Of a stretch of DNA of 64,000 nt, positions 10,146 to 19,413 are shown piece after piece. The notes under the pieces are model-generated. The model did not search any database and had not been told where the DNA came from. It saw only the letters and a list, made by a program, of their open reading frames with translations. Position numbers and translations under genes: made by a program. Source of the stretch: a virus; the IMG/VR virus record IMGVR_UViG_3300017769_000001, positions 1 through 64,000 of that record; one strand, given 5' to 3'. Numbering within the stretch: the stretch's first letter is position 1; each line of letters begins with the position of its first letter.

Positions 10146-11110
10146 TGGCGTGGAAAGATAAAGTAAAGCCGGGAACGACTGAGTTTGCAAAGGATCCCCA
10201 GAAAAACCCAGATGGGGTTGGGGAGAACCAGATTGCGTTCTTTGATTTCAGCAAGGAAATTCCGGAGTATCGCTATTATCATGTTTCTCATGGTGTTGCT
10301 GGCGATACCGACTCGATATATCTCAAACTTCCGAAGACAATCGCAGACACACTCGGGAGTCTCGATGAGATTGTCGGGTTTTGTGATGACGTCGGAAGAG
10401 AGACGGGTGCGTTTTTTCCTGAGTTCGTTACAAAGGCGTTCAACTGTCCGGAAGACCGGGTTCATTTCGTATCAACAGACCGGGAGGTCGTTTCTGACAG
10501 GGCGTTCTTCGTCACGAAGAAAAGGTATGCGATGCATATCGTCGATGATGAAGGGAAGCGGGTCGACAAGCTCAAAATCATGGGGCTTGAGGTCAAAAAA
10601 TCAGATACGTCCAAAGCCGTAAAGAGATTCTTGAGAAAGATCATCGACATGGTTGTTGACGGAACGACTGAACGGGAGCTGATGGCATATAAGAATGAAT
10701 TCAAAAAAGAGTTCTACCAGCTACCGATATCTGAGATAGGGATCCCAATGCCAGCAAAGAAACTCTCACAATACGAAAAAGAGTTTGCTGCTTCCGGGTC
10801 TATGAAAGGGTTCCCATATCACTACAGAGCCGCCATCTACTATAACAGTATGTGTGGGAATCTTGACAGAAAGATCTTCCCCGGTGAAAAGTTCTACGTC
10901 TGCAACATAAAAGACAAAGACTCAAATTACATCGGAGTGCCGGTAACAAGTAATAAAGTCCCGGAGTTTGTTGAGGATGTTGTAATTGATTACGACAAGA
11001 TGTGGAAGAAGGCGGATGTAAAGTTTGTGAACTACATGGAGTCTCTGGAGTGGGATTTGCAAAGCAAGATGAATCAACAGGCATCTGACATGTTCGGGGT
11101 CGGAGCCTAA
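10145..11110 (+). CDS. family B DNA polymerase, C-terminal subunit (motif C and thumb)
   Basis: GDTDS, KKRYA, MGLEVKKSD; TAATG coupling with AAGGAG RBS. Confidence 0.92.
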   Translation: MAWKDKVKPGTTEFAKDPQKNPDGVGENQIAFFDFSKEIPEYRYYHVSHGVAGDTDSIYLKLPKTIADTLGSLDEIVGFCDDVGRETGAFFPEFVTKAFNCPEDRVHFVSTDREVVSDRAFFVTKKRYAMHIVDDEGKRVDKLKIMGLEVKKSDTSKAVKRFLRKIIDMVVDGTTERELMAYKNEFKKEFYQLPISEIGIPMPAKKLSQYEKEFAASGSMKGFPYHYRAAIYYNSMCGNLDRKIFPGEKFYVCNIKDKDSNYIGVPVTSNKVPEFVEDVVIDYDKMWKKADVKFVNYMESLEWDLQSKMNQQASDMFGVGA

Positions 11111-11144
11111 ATAGAGTACATAAATCATTAATCGGGAGAAACCA

Positions 11145-11879
11145 ATGTACAAGGTTTTACAGCCACTTTACGAGTCTCAAGGACTTGACTACGACCCAGA
11201 AGCAGAGAAGGGTCTGACAGACTCAGAAGAGCTTCAAGAAGGGTTCAAAGAAATGATCCAAGCCGCTCGACTGAAGAAGTTTGAATCTCGTGTAATGCGT
11301 AAGGGTTCAACTTCAGTTTACTACGTTCGTGTACGCTCCAGTGGAAGCTTTGGTAAAGCTGTATTCGAAAGCGACAAAATGACAGAAGTAACTCGCTTTG
11401 ACACTATGGATGAAATGGAAGCCGACATTGGCATCCTTCAAGCCGAAGGCTACCAGATCGTCAAAGAGGCTGGTTTCAAATCGTTTGTCAGGCTCGTCAT
11501 TCGAAATCTGGGAAGAATGAAACAGTTCCTCGGTGTAACTGCATTCGTAATCGCCTCTATGCTCATTCTTGCGGCTATTGTGAGTGGTGGTGCTGCTCTT
11601 GGCGGTCTTGCTGCTATCGTGGGTCTGGAAGTCGCTATGAGCGGTACAATCGCTTATGGTATCGGCTGGATGATGGCAACTGTTGCTCCTTCTCGAAACG
11701 CACTTCGCGATGAACGCGGCACTGGAACTGAAGATGCAGTTCGGGCTCGCCTGTCTGAGAACCAGACTCTGGATATCTCCGACAAAGAAACAATGGAAGC
11801 GTCTATCCGAGATATGGTTCGTGCTACTATCAAAGATAAGACACGCGAAGTCATCAACGGCGAGCAGAAGCCAGCGTAA
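11145..11879 (+). CDS. putative internal virion protein with hydrophobic segments
   Basis: late promoter at 11107, LYE/LQE sites, Gly/Ala-rich hydrophobic region. Confidence 0.5.
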   Translation: MYKVLQPLYESQGLDYDPEAEKGLTDSEELQEGFKEMIQAARLKKFESRVMRKGSTSVYYVRVRSSGSFGKAVFESDKMTEVTRFDTMDEMEADIGILQAEGYQIVKEAGFKSFVRLVIRNLGRMKQFLGVTAFVIASMLILAAIVSGGAALGGLAAIVGLEVAMSGTIAYGIGWMMATVAPSRNALRDERGTGTEDAVRARLSENQTLDISDKETMEASIRDMVRATIKDKTREVINGEQKPA

Positions 11880-12385
11880 TGAGAATCGAAGAACTCCACG
11901 AAGCATTTGATAAAAGTACCTACTATCAGTCTTTTGATGGTAGGATTCGTAAGATGTGGGAAACAGCAAGCCGAAGAACCCGAAACAAGGGTCATAAAGG
12001 CAAGCTGATCCCACAGAGTGAGTTCTTCGATTACGCTTCTAAAGACGCGACCTACAAGAAGTTGTACAACCAGTGGGAAGACAGTGGGTTTCAATTAAAG
12101 TTGACTCCCACTCTTGATCGAAAGGATGCGAAAAAGGGGTACGTGAAAGGGAACCTCCAATTTCTCACATACAGCGACAACGTAATCAAGGGCAATCTCG
12201 AATACGATAAAAGACCATGGGAAGCTTCTCAAATCAAAGTATGTCTTGAAAGGGGAAAGCAGAAACGGAATTTCTCTTCTATGGCAGAAGCCGCAAAATT
12301 CCTTGGCGTTAATAAGTCAACAGTGACTCGTGCGTTTGCAGACAATAGAGAAATCGACGGCTGGCGATTGACACAAGGAAAATAA
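11879..12385 (+). CDS. MRIEE-tagged protein with endonuclease-like core and NUMOD1-type HTH
   Basis: PTLDRKD..KGY..GNLQ...DN motif and FSSMAEAAKFLG HTH. Confidence 0.55.
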   Translation: MRIEELHEAFDKSTYYQSFDGRIRKMWETASRRTRNKGHKGKLIPQSEFFDYASKDATYKKLYNQWEDSGFQLKLTPTLDRKDAKKGYVKGNLQFLTYSDNVIKGNLEYDKRPWEASQIKVCLERGKQKRNFSSMAEAAKFLGVNKSTVTRAFADNREIDGWRLTQGK

Positions 12386-12413
12386 AGCACTAATATAGAG
12401 GGATAGCGTAATA

Positions 12414-13970
12414 ATGGAGGTTCCTTTGTCCACGCTAAAATGCCCTAAGTGCTACAGCAGTAAAGTAAGACGACATTCGTACACAGAATCAAGAAAGCAA
12501 CGTTGGTCTTGTGGCGATTGTGGTTTCAGGACAGTAAATCCCCTCGGCATCGAGCAGTTCGATCAAACCATCGACCACACCGCAGTGTCAAATAAAATCA
12601 AGAGCGTAAAGAAATCAACCCGGTGGGTTATTGTTTCTGCTCAGAACGCAACTCCAGTCCACACTGGATTTTATGACACACTCAAATCATATTGCGAGCT
12701 CAACGACGCAGAACTGATTGTTATCCCGTTCCGGTATAAAAACCCGACATCCGTATTCACCGATAAGGAATACGAGTGGTGGCACGAGAGTATTGTCGAC
12801 CACATTGTCGACCGCCGATACGAGCTTTGTAAAGGCGTTGTTCTGTTGGGTGACATACAGATCCAACCAACAGCAAAATCACCTCTCAGCGGACTTGAGG
12901 GGTTCACTGGTGCCAAATCGTGTATCGTGGGTCACCCGAAGTACGAGTTCAAGACTGTTGCAACTCGCCAAGGCGAAATGGCGAAGATTATGACAACAAC
13001 TGGTGCAATAACTGTGCCGAACTACACTCGATCAAAAGCCGGTAAGACTGGACACCACCATCACCAATATGCGGCAACTGTTGTCGAGAGTGATGGGGAT
13101 CAATTCTACATTCGACAGGTAACCGCGAATGAAGATGGTTCGTTTATCGACTTGGATAAAGTATATCGTCCGAATGGAACCGTCGATGATGCTCCGCGAG
13201 CAGCAACTTTGGTACTCGGCGATTTACACCAGTGGTGGATCTCCAAAGAGGTTGATGAAGCTACCTTTGGCGACAACGGTCTTGTGAACCTTCTGAATCC
13301 TGAGAAAGTTTTCATTCACGATTCAGTTGACGGGTTCTCCATCAGCCATCACCATCGAAACGACCCGTTTATCATGCACGCAAAGCATCAAAACGGAACT
13401 GGAAACATCATGGATGAGTTGACGGACTTTTCTCAATTCATGAACGAGCGGATGCGGGATGATACAGACTATGTGGTGGTGACTTCAAACCATGACGATC
13501 ATATCACTCGATACATCAAAGAGACTGATTGGAGGAAGGATCCGGAGAACGCGGAGTTCTATCTGGAGACAGCTCTTGAAATGATTCGAGACAACCGGAT
13601 GGTAGAAGGAGGAACGTCTACAATCCGCCCATTCGACTATTGGATGGAACGATTGTCACCAGACCTCAATATCATCAATCGAGAAACAAGCTTCGAAGTT
13701 CTTGGTGTCGAGCACGCATATCATGGTGATATTGGGCCAAATGGAGCACGAGGGTCAACCAAGAACCTGAGCCAGATCGGGGTTAAAGTTACATCCGGTC
13801 ACGGACATTCTCCGAGAGTTATCGATGGTGCTTACACCGTTGGTGTGTCTACGGGAAGAATGGCTTATGCTTCTGGCGGGCCTTCTGGATGGTTGAACAC
13901 ACACTGTGTACTCTATGCAGATGGAAAGCGTTCATTGATTCACATCATAAACGGGAAGTTCCGATCTTAA
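12414..13970 (+). CDS. calcineurin-like metallophosphoesterase (T5 A1-like) with N-terminal Zn ribbon
   Basis: SAQNATPVH, GDLH, HD, SNHD, HGD and GHGH motifs; CxxC...CxxC N-terminus. Confidence 0.7.
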   Translation: MEVPLSTLKCPKCYSSKVRRHSYTESRKQRWSCGDCGFRTVNPLGIEQFDQTIDHTAVSNKIKSVKKSTRWVIVSAQNATPVHTGFYDTLKSYCELNDAELIVIPFRYKNPTSVFTDKEYEWWHESIVDHIVDRRYELCKGVVLLGDIQIQPTAKSPLSGLEGFTGAKSCIVGHPKYEFKTVATRQGEMAKIMTTTGAITVPNYTRSKAGKTGHHHHQYAATVVESDGDQFYIRQVTANEDGSFIDLDKVYRPNGTVDDAPRAATLVLGDLHQWWISKEVDEATFGDNGLVNLLNPEKVFIHDSVDGFSISHHHRNDPFIMHAKHQNGTGNIMDELTDFSQFMNERMRDDTDYVVVTSNHDDHITRYIKETDWRKDPENAEFYLETALEMIRDNRMVEGGTSTIRPFDYWMERLSPDLNIINRETSFEVLGVEHAYHGDIGPNGARGSTKNLSQIGVKVTSGHGHSPRVIDGAYTVGVSTGRMAYASGGPSGWLNTHCVLYADGKRSLIHIINGKFRS

Positions 13971-14041
13971 CACGTCAGAGGGTTTGAAAGTTAAATAAGT
14001 TCTGGGGGTGTCTCCAGAACTTATTTTATGAGGTACAGAAA

Positions 14042-14206
14042 ATGAACAACCGAAATCTAGTCCATAAGAACGCTTTGAAGTTCCAGAAATGCGAACAATT
14101 CAAAGACCGCAAGAAAGCCAAAAAGAAAGGCTACTTGAAGCACAAGCCCTCTAAATCGGAGGGTTTTTTATTGACTCTTATTTCTGTTTTCGGTATGTTC
14201 TCATGA
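14042..14206 (+). CDS. small basic ArfA-like protein (absent from the ORF track)
   Basis: GAGG RBS; MNNRNLVHKNALKFQKCEQFKDRKKAKKKGYLKHKPSKSEGFLLTLISVFGMFS; reads through a terminator. Confidence 0.55.
   Translation: MNNRNLVHKNALKFQKCEQFKDRKKAKKKGYLKHKPSKSEGFLLTLISVFGMFS
14144..14169 (+). terminator. intrinsic terminator inside the small basic ORF
   Basis: AGCCCTCT-AAATC-GGAGGGTT stem followed by a T run. Confidence 0.7.
14171..14199 (+). promoter_or_regulatory. sigma70-type promoter
   Basis: TTGACT-17-TATGTT. Confidence 0.55.
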
Positions 14207-14610
14207 CTTACGATCAGTGGAGAGAAACAATGGCAATGATCAGGTGGGCATCAGACTCAGATGTTTATGTGTATGAATCTTTCAACGGATATGTTGTGCA
14301 CATTGCTGGTGCTAGATGGAAGTTTTCTGAAGAATACCCATGTCCTGTACTGGGAGACTATATCAACACCGGAAGACTGAGTGAGTACAATAAAGACTGT
14401 ACGGAAGCTTATGAACATGCGGAGTTGATTGACATTGAAATGGAAGAAGCTGGAAGAACTTTCTCATTTGAAAACTTAATCAGTGTTCGAAGCCTGCTAT
14501 TGACTTTGAAGGAAGAAGGGTTCATGATACCTCAATATGGGTTGGATAGAATCCAACAAGAGATAGAGAGAACCTATGACAATCGAAAATCTGATAAAAA
14601 CCCTGAATGA
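14203..14610 (+). CDS. hypothetical protein
   Basis: 135-aa ORF; true start may be a downstream Met after GGAGAG. Confidence 0.65.
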   Translation: MTYDQWRETMAMIRWASDSDVYVYESFNGYVVHIAGARWKFSEEYPCPVLGDYINTGRLSEYNKDCTEAYEHAELIDIEMEEAGRTFSFENLISVRSLLLTLKEEGFMIPQYGLDRIQQEIERTYDNRKSDKNPE

Positions 14611-16028
14611 TGTAAAATCCAACACTTCGACCAAGAAGAAGGAAAAAATTCTCGTTCAGGCTTTTGAAGACGAGTCGGTAGCACCGCTTCTACATCAAGT
14701 TCTTACCCTCGCACTATCGCCATCATTTCAGTATGGGATGACGACAAGCGAAGACGAGGTGATGAACGTACCCCCAGCAAAAGATCCGATGAGTTTCATT
14801 GAACTGATGGATTATATTGAAGAAGAGGCTCCGTTCCGTTCCAATGATAAGAAGGCACATGTTCTTTCTTTGATTCGTTCTCTGGAATGCTTTTACCAAA
14901 CGTCAATTGCAATCGGAGTTATCAATAAGGACATCAACATCGGCATTGGTGCAACTACGATCAACAAAGCGATCAAATCAGCAAGAACGAATCTGCTACC
15001 TTTGCGTATTTTGAAGCCGATGAAAGCTTTCAGCGAGCGCGATATCGACATCGACAAATTCTTCGAAAAGAACGCCCTTTCAGTCATTCAACCGAAAATT
15101 GATGCTGCTCGTGCGTTTATGGTTATCGTTCCAAAAAAGAATATCGGATACTTCCTATCTGCAAATGGTCGGCGAATTGACTGTTTCACACACCTGACAG
15201 ATCCGGTGATCAAGCAGTTCCAAAACAGGTATAGTAGCGAGGGGTTCGAGTCATCCATCATTGACGGGGAGCTGATTGCTGGTGACTATACTTCCGGAGA
15301 ACTGGTCTATTACAACAGGCAGAAATCAAATGGGATGTTGAACAAGGCGATTCGTGGCACCATCGACGAACAGGACGCCAGAAAGTTCCACTTCATTGCT
15401 TGGGATCTGATTGATGGTATTGGAACTGAAGACGATCCGGAACTTCCGTTATATGACGATACGCGGATGCTTCAAGACCCGTACTACGACAGGTTTGAGC
15501 ACCTTGAAGATTTCATCACAGCTGCAAACGAAGAAACTGAAACTTCAATGTTATCTCTGGATCTGCAAGTTCATCTGATTGAGTCTCAGCTCGTTTACAA
15601 TGAACAGCAAGCCAGAGAATATGTTGAAAAGATTTTTCAACAAGGCGGCGAAGGTGCTGTACTGAAGGAAGCCAACCACCGATATACCCCGAAGCGGTCT
15701 CGTGATCTCATCAAGATGAAGAAGCAGTTCATGGCTGATGTTCGAGTCACTGGTGTCAATGAAGGGAAAAAACAAAGGAACCCTTGGGTCTGTTTCATAT
15801 GCAACCGATGATGGCTTGATTGTTGGTGATGTGTCCGGCATTGACGACGGAACCAAAGCGATGTGGTGGAATGACCCTGAGATCATCATCGGGAAGGTCA
15901 TCGAGGTTCGGTACATGGAAGTGACTGACGATAAACGGACAGGGTGTAAGACTCTGTATGGGCCTGCTGTGTTCATCCGGGTCAGAGACGACAAAGACGA
16001 AACTTCTTATCTGGAGGAACTGGTATGA
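14576..16028 (+). CDS. ATP-dependent DNA ligase, interrupted by a +1 frameshift near 15770
   Basis: motif I QPKID, IIDGEL, FIAWD, GEGAVLK, IKMK in 14576..15811; OB-fold GTLGS...VSG...IGKVIEVRY...FIRVRDDK in 15738..16028. Confidence 0.88.
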
Positions 16029-16411
16029 GTGACATCTTCAAACAACTCATTGATAGAGGGTACTCGTCTTTTAGAGTGCCACCCACAAAAAGTGCGAAGG
16101 AGGCTTACCAGAAAAGGGTGGAGGACTCCGTTGGGATAAAGTACTTTATAAATGCCTACATTTATGACAATGCTAAACTCCGTATCCACGAAGGGCATAT
16201 GGTTCGTTCGTATTCTGTCGAGTATGAGGTTCAGTTCTCGGAGTCTGAAGACGGTTATTTCGTAAACATTTCTCCAATGTGCGAGGAAGTTGAAAAAGTC
16301 GAGCAATTCTTCGAAAGCTTCTGGAACATCTACACCGAACTTGGTATAATCGACTACTACGACAAGTTCAACAAAATGGCATTTTACACGGCAACATTTG
16401 TGGAGAATTGA
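16025..16411 (+). CDS. hypothetical protein
   Basis: GGAGG RBS, ATGA coupling. Confidence 0.65.
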   Translation: MSDIFKQLIDRGYSSFRVPPTKSAKEAYQKRVEDSVGIKYFINAYIYDNAKLRIHEGHMVRSYSVEYEVQFSESEDGYFVNISPMCEEVEKVEQFFESFWNIYTELGIIDYYDKFNKMAFYTATFVEN

Positions 16412-16413
16412 AA

Positions 16414-16737
16414 ATGAGTGAGACAGAACGTAACAAAGGAACATTGACACCGGTTGATCCCGAGATTGTCAAACGCAAAGCCATCGAGCGGTATGGCGAC
16501 GTATTCGATGACGTCGAAAGCCAGATCAGTGAACTGATGTGTGATTCAGATTTCATGAAGATCAACGGCGTGTACTACCGCTGTGAGTACGAAGTTGAAG
16601 CAGAAACAGATGGATGTGATTTTGCAGATGTGAAAATGGACGGAAATAAAATCCATTTTCACACCATGCACTACAACGGTGGTGGAAGTCTGGAAGAAGT
16701 CCTCGAAGCCGCACTCAAATCAAAGGAGAACAAATGA
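16414..16737 (+). CDS. hypothetical protein
   Basis: GGAG RBS, start MSETE. Confidence 0.7.
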   Translation: MSETERNKGTLTPVDPEIVKRKAIERYGDVFDDVESQISELMCDSDFMKINGVYYRCEYEVEAETDGCDFADVKMDGNKIHFHTMHYNGGGSLEEVLEAALKSKENK

Positions 16738-17216
16738 AGAAATATGATGCAATGGCGGATATCGTCAAGTTTAACGAAACCGCTGGTAACGAAATAACAC
16801 CAAGGGAACTCGATCACCCGCTTGTTAAGCTTTATTTGAATCTGATCGATGAAGAGCTGAATGGCGAGAACGAACTTCTGGATTCGGTTCGCAAGGGGGA
16901 TATCCCCGGTGCTGCTGATGGCGCTGGAGATCTCATCGTTGTAACAGCCGGGTTTCTTCTTTCTCTGGGATACCATCCGAATGATGTAATGCGGCGTATC
17001 AACGGATCAAATCTTTCGAAGTTCTGCACATCCGAAGCGGACGCCCGGTTAAGTGTAGAGTCCTATGAAGACGATCCTCGTTATGTCGACGTCCATTACC
17101 AGCAGGTCGGAGATTACTATGTGATCTATGGTCGTAAGGCTGAAACTCCGAACGGAGCTTTCAAGATTCTGAAAGGCATCGATTACTTCGATCCACAGAT
17201 CCCCCTGCCATTCTGA
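16734..17216 (+). CDS. MazG/PRA-PH-like NTP pyrophosphohydrolase
   Basis: LIDEEL...E, ADGAGDL, SNLSK, KILKG motifs. Confidence 0.8.
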   Translation: MKKYDAMADIVKFNETAGNEITPRELDHPLVKLYLNLIDEELNGENELLDSVRKGDIPGAADGAGDLIVVTAGFLLSLGYHPNDVMRRINGSNLSKFCTSEADARLSVESYEDDPRYVDVHYQQVGDYYVIYGRKAETPNGAFKILKGIDYFDPQIPLPF

Positions 17217-17263
17217 CAAGGCTGGTTCGGCTAAATAATAGCAAACAGAATAAGAGGACACCA

Positions 17264-17731
17264 ATGTCAATTCTTATGGAAGCTATTGAGCCGAAAGAAG
17301 TTCCTTACGGCACGAATGAAGACGCAGATAACGGAGAGATCAGAACAACCGGTTCTGCTCAGTACACGTTTTTCAAAGACGGCGATTACTACTATGTGGT
17401 AGGCGTTGATGAGAATGGTGTATTTGGATTTGGTGCCAATATGGCATACAGTCCGAACATAGAGTCGTATAGCGTAGAGCGGGTACGTTCAGTATCCGCT
17501 TTTCGCGTTTTTTCGAAAGTGATGTATGTCCTATCTCAACTCGTTGCGTCGGCACGACGTCCAATCTACTACATCAAGTTTGCAGCAGCAGATCACAAGC
17601 TGGCTGGACTGTATACGAAAATGGTCAAGAATCGAAGATTGCTGGATGAAGTTCGCCGAATGGGATTCCGTTACGTTGGCGTGATGGAAGAACAGGGGAA
17701 AGAACGCTATATATTTGCAAGGACTTACTAA
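17264..17731 (+). CDS. putative internal virion protein
   Basis: late promoter at 17231; MSILMEA start. Confidence 0.55.
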   Translation: MSILMEAIEPKEVPYGTNEDADNGEIRTTGSAQYTFFKDGDYYYVVGVDENGVFGFGANMAYSPNIESYSVERVRSVSAFRVFSKVMYVLSQLVASARRPIYYIKFAAADHKLAGLYTKMVKNRRLLDEVRRMGFRYVGVMEEQGKERYIFARTY

Positions 17732-18357
17732 TGAGAGTTGAAGAACTGTTACTAGAAGCTCCACCCCTGCCAGATTCTTGGGACAGAGCGATATACGACC
17801 CGTCGGTTCCGTTTAAGAAACGTGTCGAATATGCAAAAGAACGAGCCGAGCAGGTCGGAAAGGGGTCTGCTCGCGTGGCTTTCAAGATACCGTATAAGGG
17901 CAAACCAACGATACTGAAGATCGCCATGAATCGAAAGGGTGCTGCTCAAAATGAAGCGGAAGCCCAGCTCATGGACGACTGGTATCTCAAAAATATCGGG
18001 ATTGTGGTTCCAGTTATCGATTATGACGAGGAATCATCCTACCCGACTTGGATCCACATGGAGTATGCTCCGAAGATATCACAGAGACAGCTTGAGAAAT
18101 TCTTTGATGGGGTTCCTATGATGAAAATCACCGCATATTTGGACTCCCTGCAAGGACGAAACAGTTTTTTGAACACTGGGATACCAGAAGAACTTCATGA
18201 AAATGAATACTTCCAAGCACTTCAGGATTTGGTATTGAACTTTGGAATCCCTGCTGCTGACTTCTCAAGAGCAGCAAACTGGGGGCTTTATAAAGGCGAC
18301 CCGGTAATCGTCGATATCGGGTTCACCAATGAAACAGCAAAACTTTATGGGCAGTGA
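17731..18357 (+). CDS. MRVEE-tagged protein-kinase-like protein
   Basis: GKGSARVAF Gly loop, LKIA Lys, NEAE Glu, D...ANWG, VIVDIG. Confidence 0.65.
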   Translation: MRVEELLLEAPPLPDSWDRAIYDPSVPFKKRVEYAKERAEQVGKGSARVAFKIPYKGKPTILKIAMNRKGAAQNEAEAQLMDDWYLKNIGIVVPVIDYDEESSYPTWIHMEYAPKISQRQLEKFFDGVPMMKITAYLDSLQGRNSFLNTGIPEELHENEYFQALQDLVLNFGIPAADFSRAANWGLYKGDPVIVDIGFTNETAKLYGQ

Positions 18358-18529
18358 ATGTTGACATTCTTACTCTTCCTCAGTTATCTTATAGTCATTC
18401 ATTCAATTGGCTGTATGGCTTTTAACAGGATTCAAGGGAAGAGTGTCAATGAACGCGCCATCCTCACAAGATTTGCAGTTCCGGCCACTTACATCGTCTG
18501 GTGGTGGTTGCATATCTAACATCCTCTGC

Positions 18530-18913
18530 ATGGTGTCATGGCAGATTCTAAAGCCGGTGAAGGGATACCCGTATTTCGTATCCAACACCGGCTTCGTTTA
18601 TTCCAATCTTTTCAAACAGAAATGTCATTACGACGACGGAAAGGGATACCGAAAAGTAGATCTCTACAAGAATGGAAAGAAGAAACGTTTCTACGTCCAT
18701 AGACTCGTGTACGAGACGTTTTGCGGGGAACTCCCACCAACCCATGAGGTTGATCACCATAATCGCGACAGAGGCTTCAATCGCCTTCACAATTTACGTC
18801 CGATGACACGAGCAGAGAACATGGCGAAGGTACACGAATGCAATCCTCATATTCTAAACAATCTTAAACAAAATCAACGATCCAATAGAAAAAATCAATC
18901 GAAGAAACACTAG
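18530..18913 (+). CDS. NUMOD4/HNH homing-type endonuclease
   Basis: W..VKGY.Y.VSNTG, VHRLV, VDHHNRDR.FN...NL...EN. Confidence 0.8.
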   Translation: MVSWQILKPVKGYPYFVSNTGFVYSNLFKQKCHYDDGKGYRKVDLYKNGKKKRFYVHRLVYETFCGELPPTHEVDHHNRDRGFNRLHNLRPMTRAENMAKVHECNPHILNNLKQNQRSNRKNQSKKH

Positions 18914-19027
18914 ATATTGGGTTATTTGTCGTATAGACTTACTAAATAAATTCCTCAAGTCGGAGAACATCATGTTTTATTACGCCTACGACATACGATC
19001 ACCTATACATAACGTGGAGGAAATCGT

Positions 19028-19231
19028 ATGTACTCAAGATCAAAACAGCCGGGATGGGTTCGGCTGTTCAAGCAAGTAGAAGTTTCTGAAGAAGATTACG
19101 CCGAATACGGTGTCAAAAAAATCCGGTTTAAGTCGTACTACGAGCAGATTAGTGTCGGGATCTGTTACGAAAGGCCGGGAAGATGGATTCAGAAATCGTG
19201 GAAGAAACACAGAAAAACCCAGTACAAATAA
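19028..19231 (+). CDS. small basic hypothetical protein (N-terminus possibly frameshifted from 18972)
   Basis: ends KSWKKHRKTQYK; GGAGG RBS. Confidence 0.6.
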   Translation: MYSRSKQPGWVRLFKQVEVSEEDYAEYGVKKIRFKSYYEQISVGICYERPGRWIQKSWKKHRKTQYK

Positions 19232-19232
19232 C

Positions 19233-19308
19233 GTGTCTGTAGCTCAATTGGTAGAGCCTCCCACTCATAATGGGCCGGTTACAGGTTCGAGCCCTGTCGG
19301 ACACACCA
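19233..19308 (+). tRNA. tRNA-CAT (Met or lysidine-modified Ile2)
   Basis: cloverleaf, CT-CAT-AA loop, CCA end. Confidence 0.9.
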
Positions 19309-19314
19309 CTTTAA

Positions 19315-19392
19315 GGGCGCGTAGCTCAGTTGGAACAGAGCAGAGGGCTTCTACCCCTCGGGTCGCAGGTTCGAGTCCTGCCGCGTCTGCCA
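19315..19392 (+). tRNA. tRNA-Arg(TCT)
   Basis: cloverleaf, GAGGG-CTTCTAC-CCCTC, CCA end. Confidence 0.92.
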
Positions 19393-19413
19393 AACAAACT
19401 CGTGAGGTGCAAT

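Noticed and set aside
11313-12094. 233-aa and 146-aa minus-strand ORFs
   Set aside because: Overlap well-supported plus-strand genes on the opposite strand
12414-12545. IS1 InsA-like zinc ribbon suggesting an insertion sequence
   Set aside because: In-frame part of a phosphoesterase; no transposase or terminal inverted repeats
18361-18529. Possible intron around the HNH gene
   Set aside because: Flanking genes are intact and no group I core was recognised; treated as a free-standing endonuclease with its own promoter
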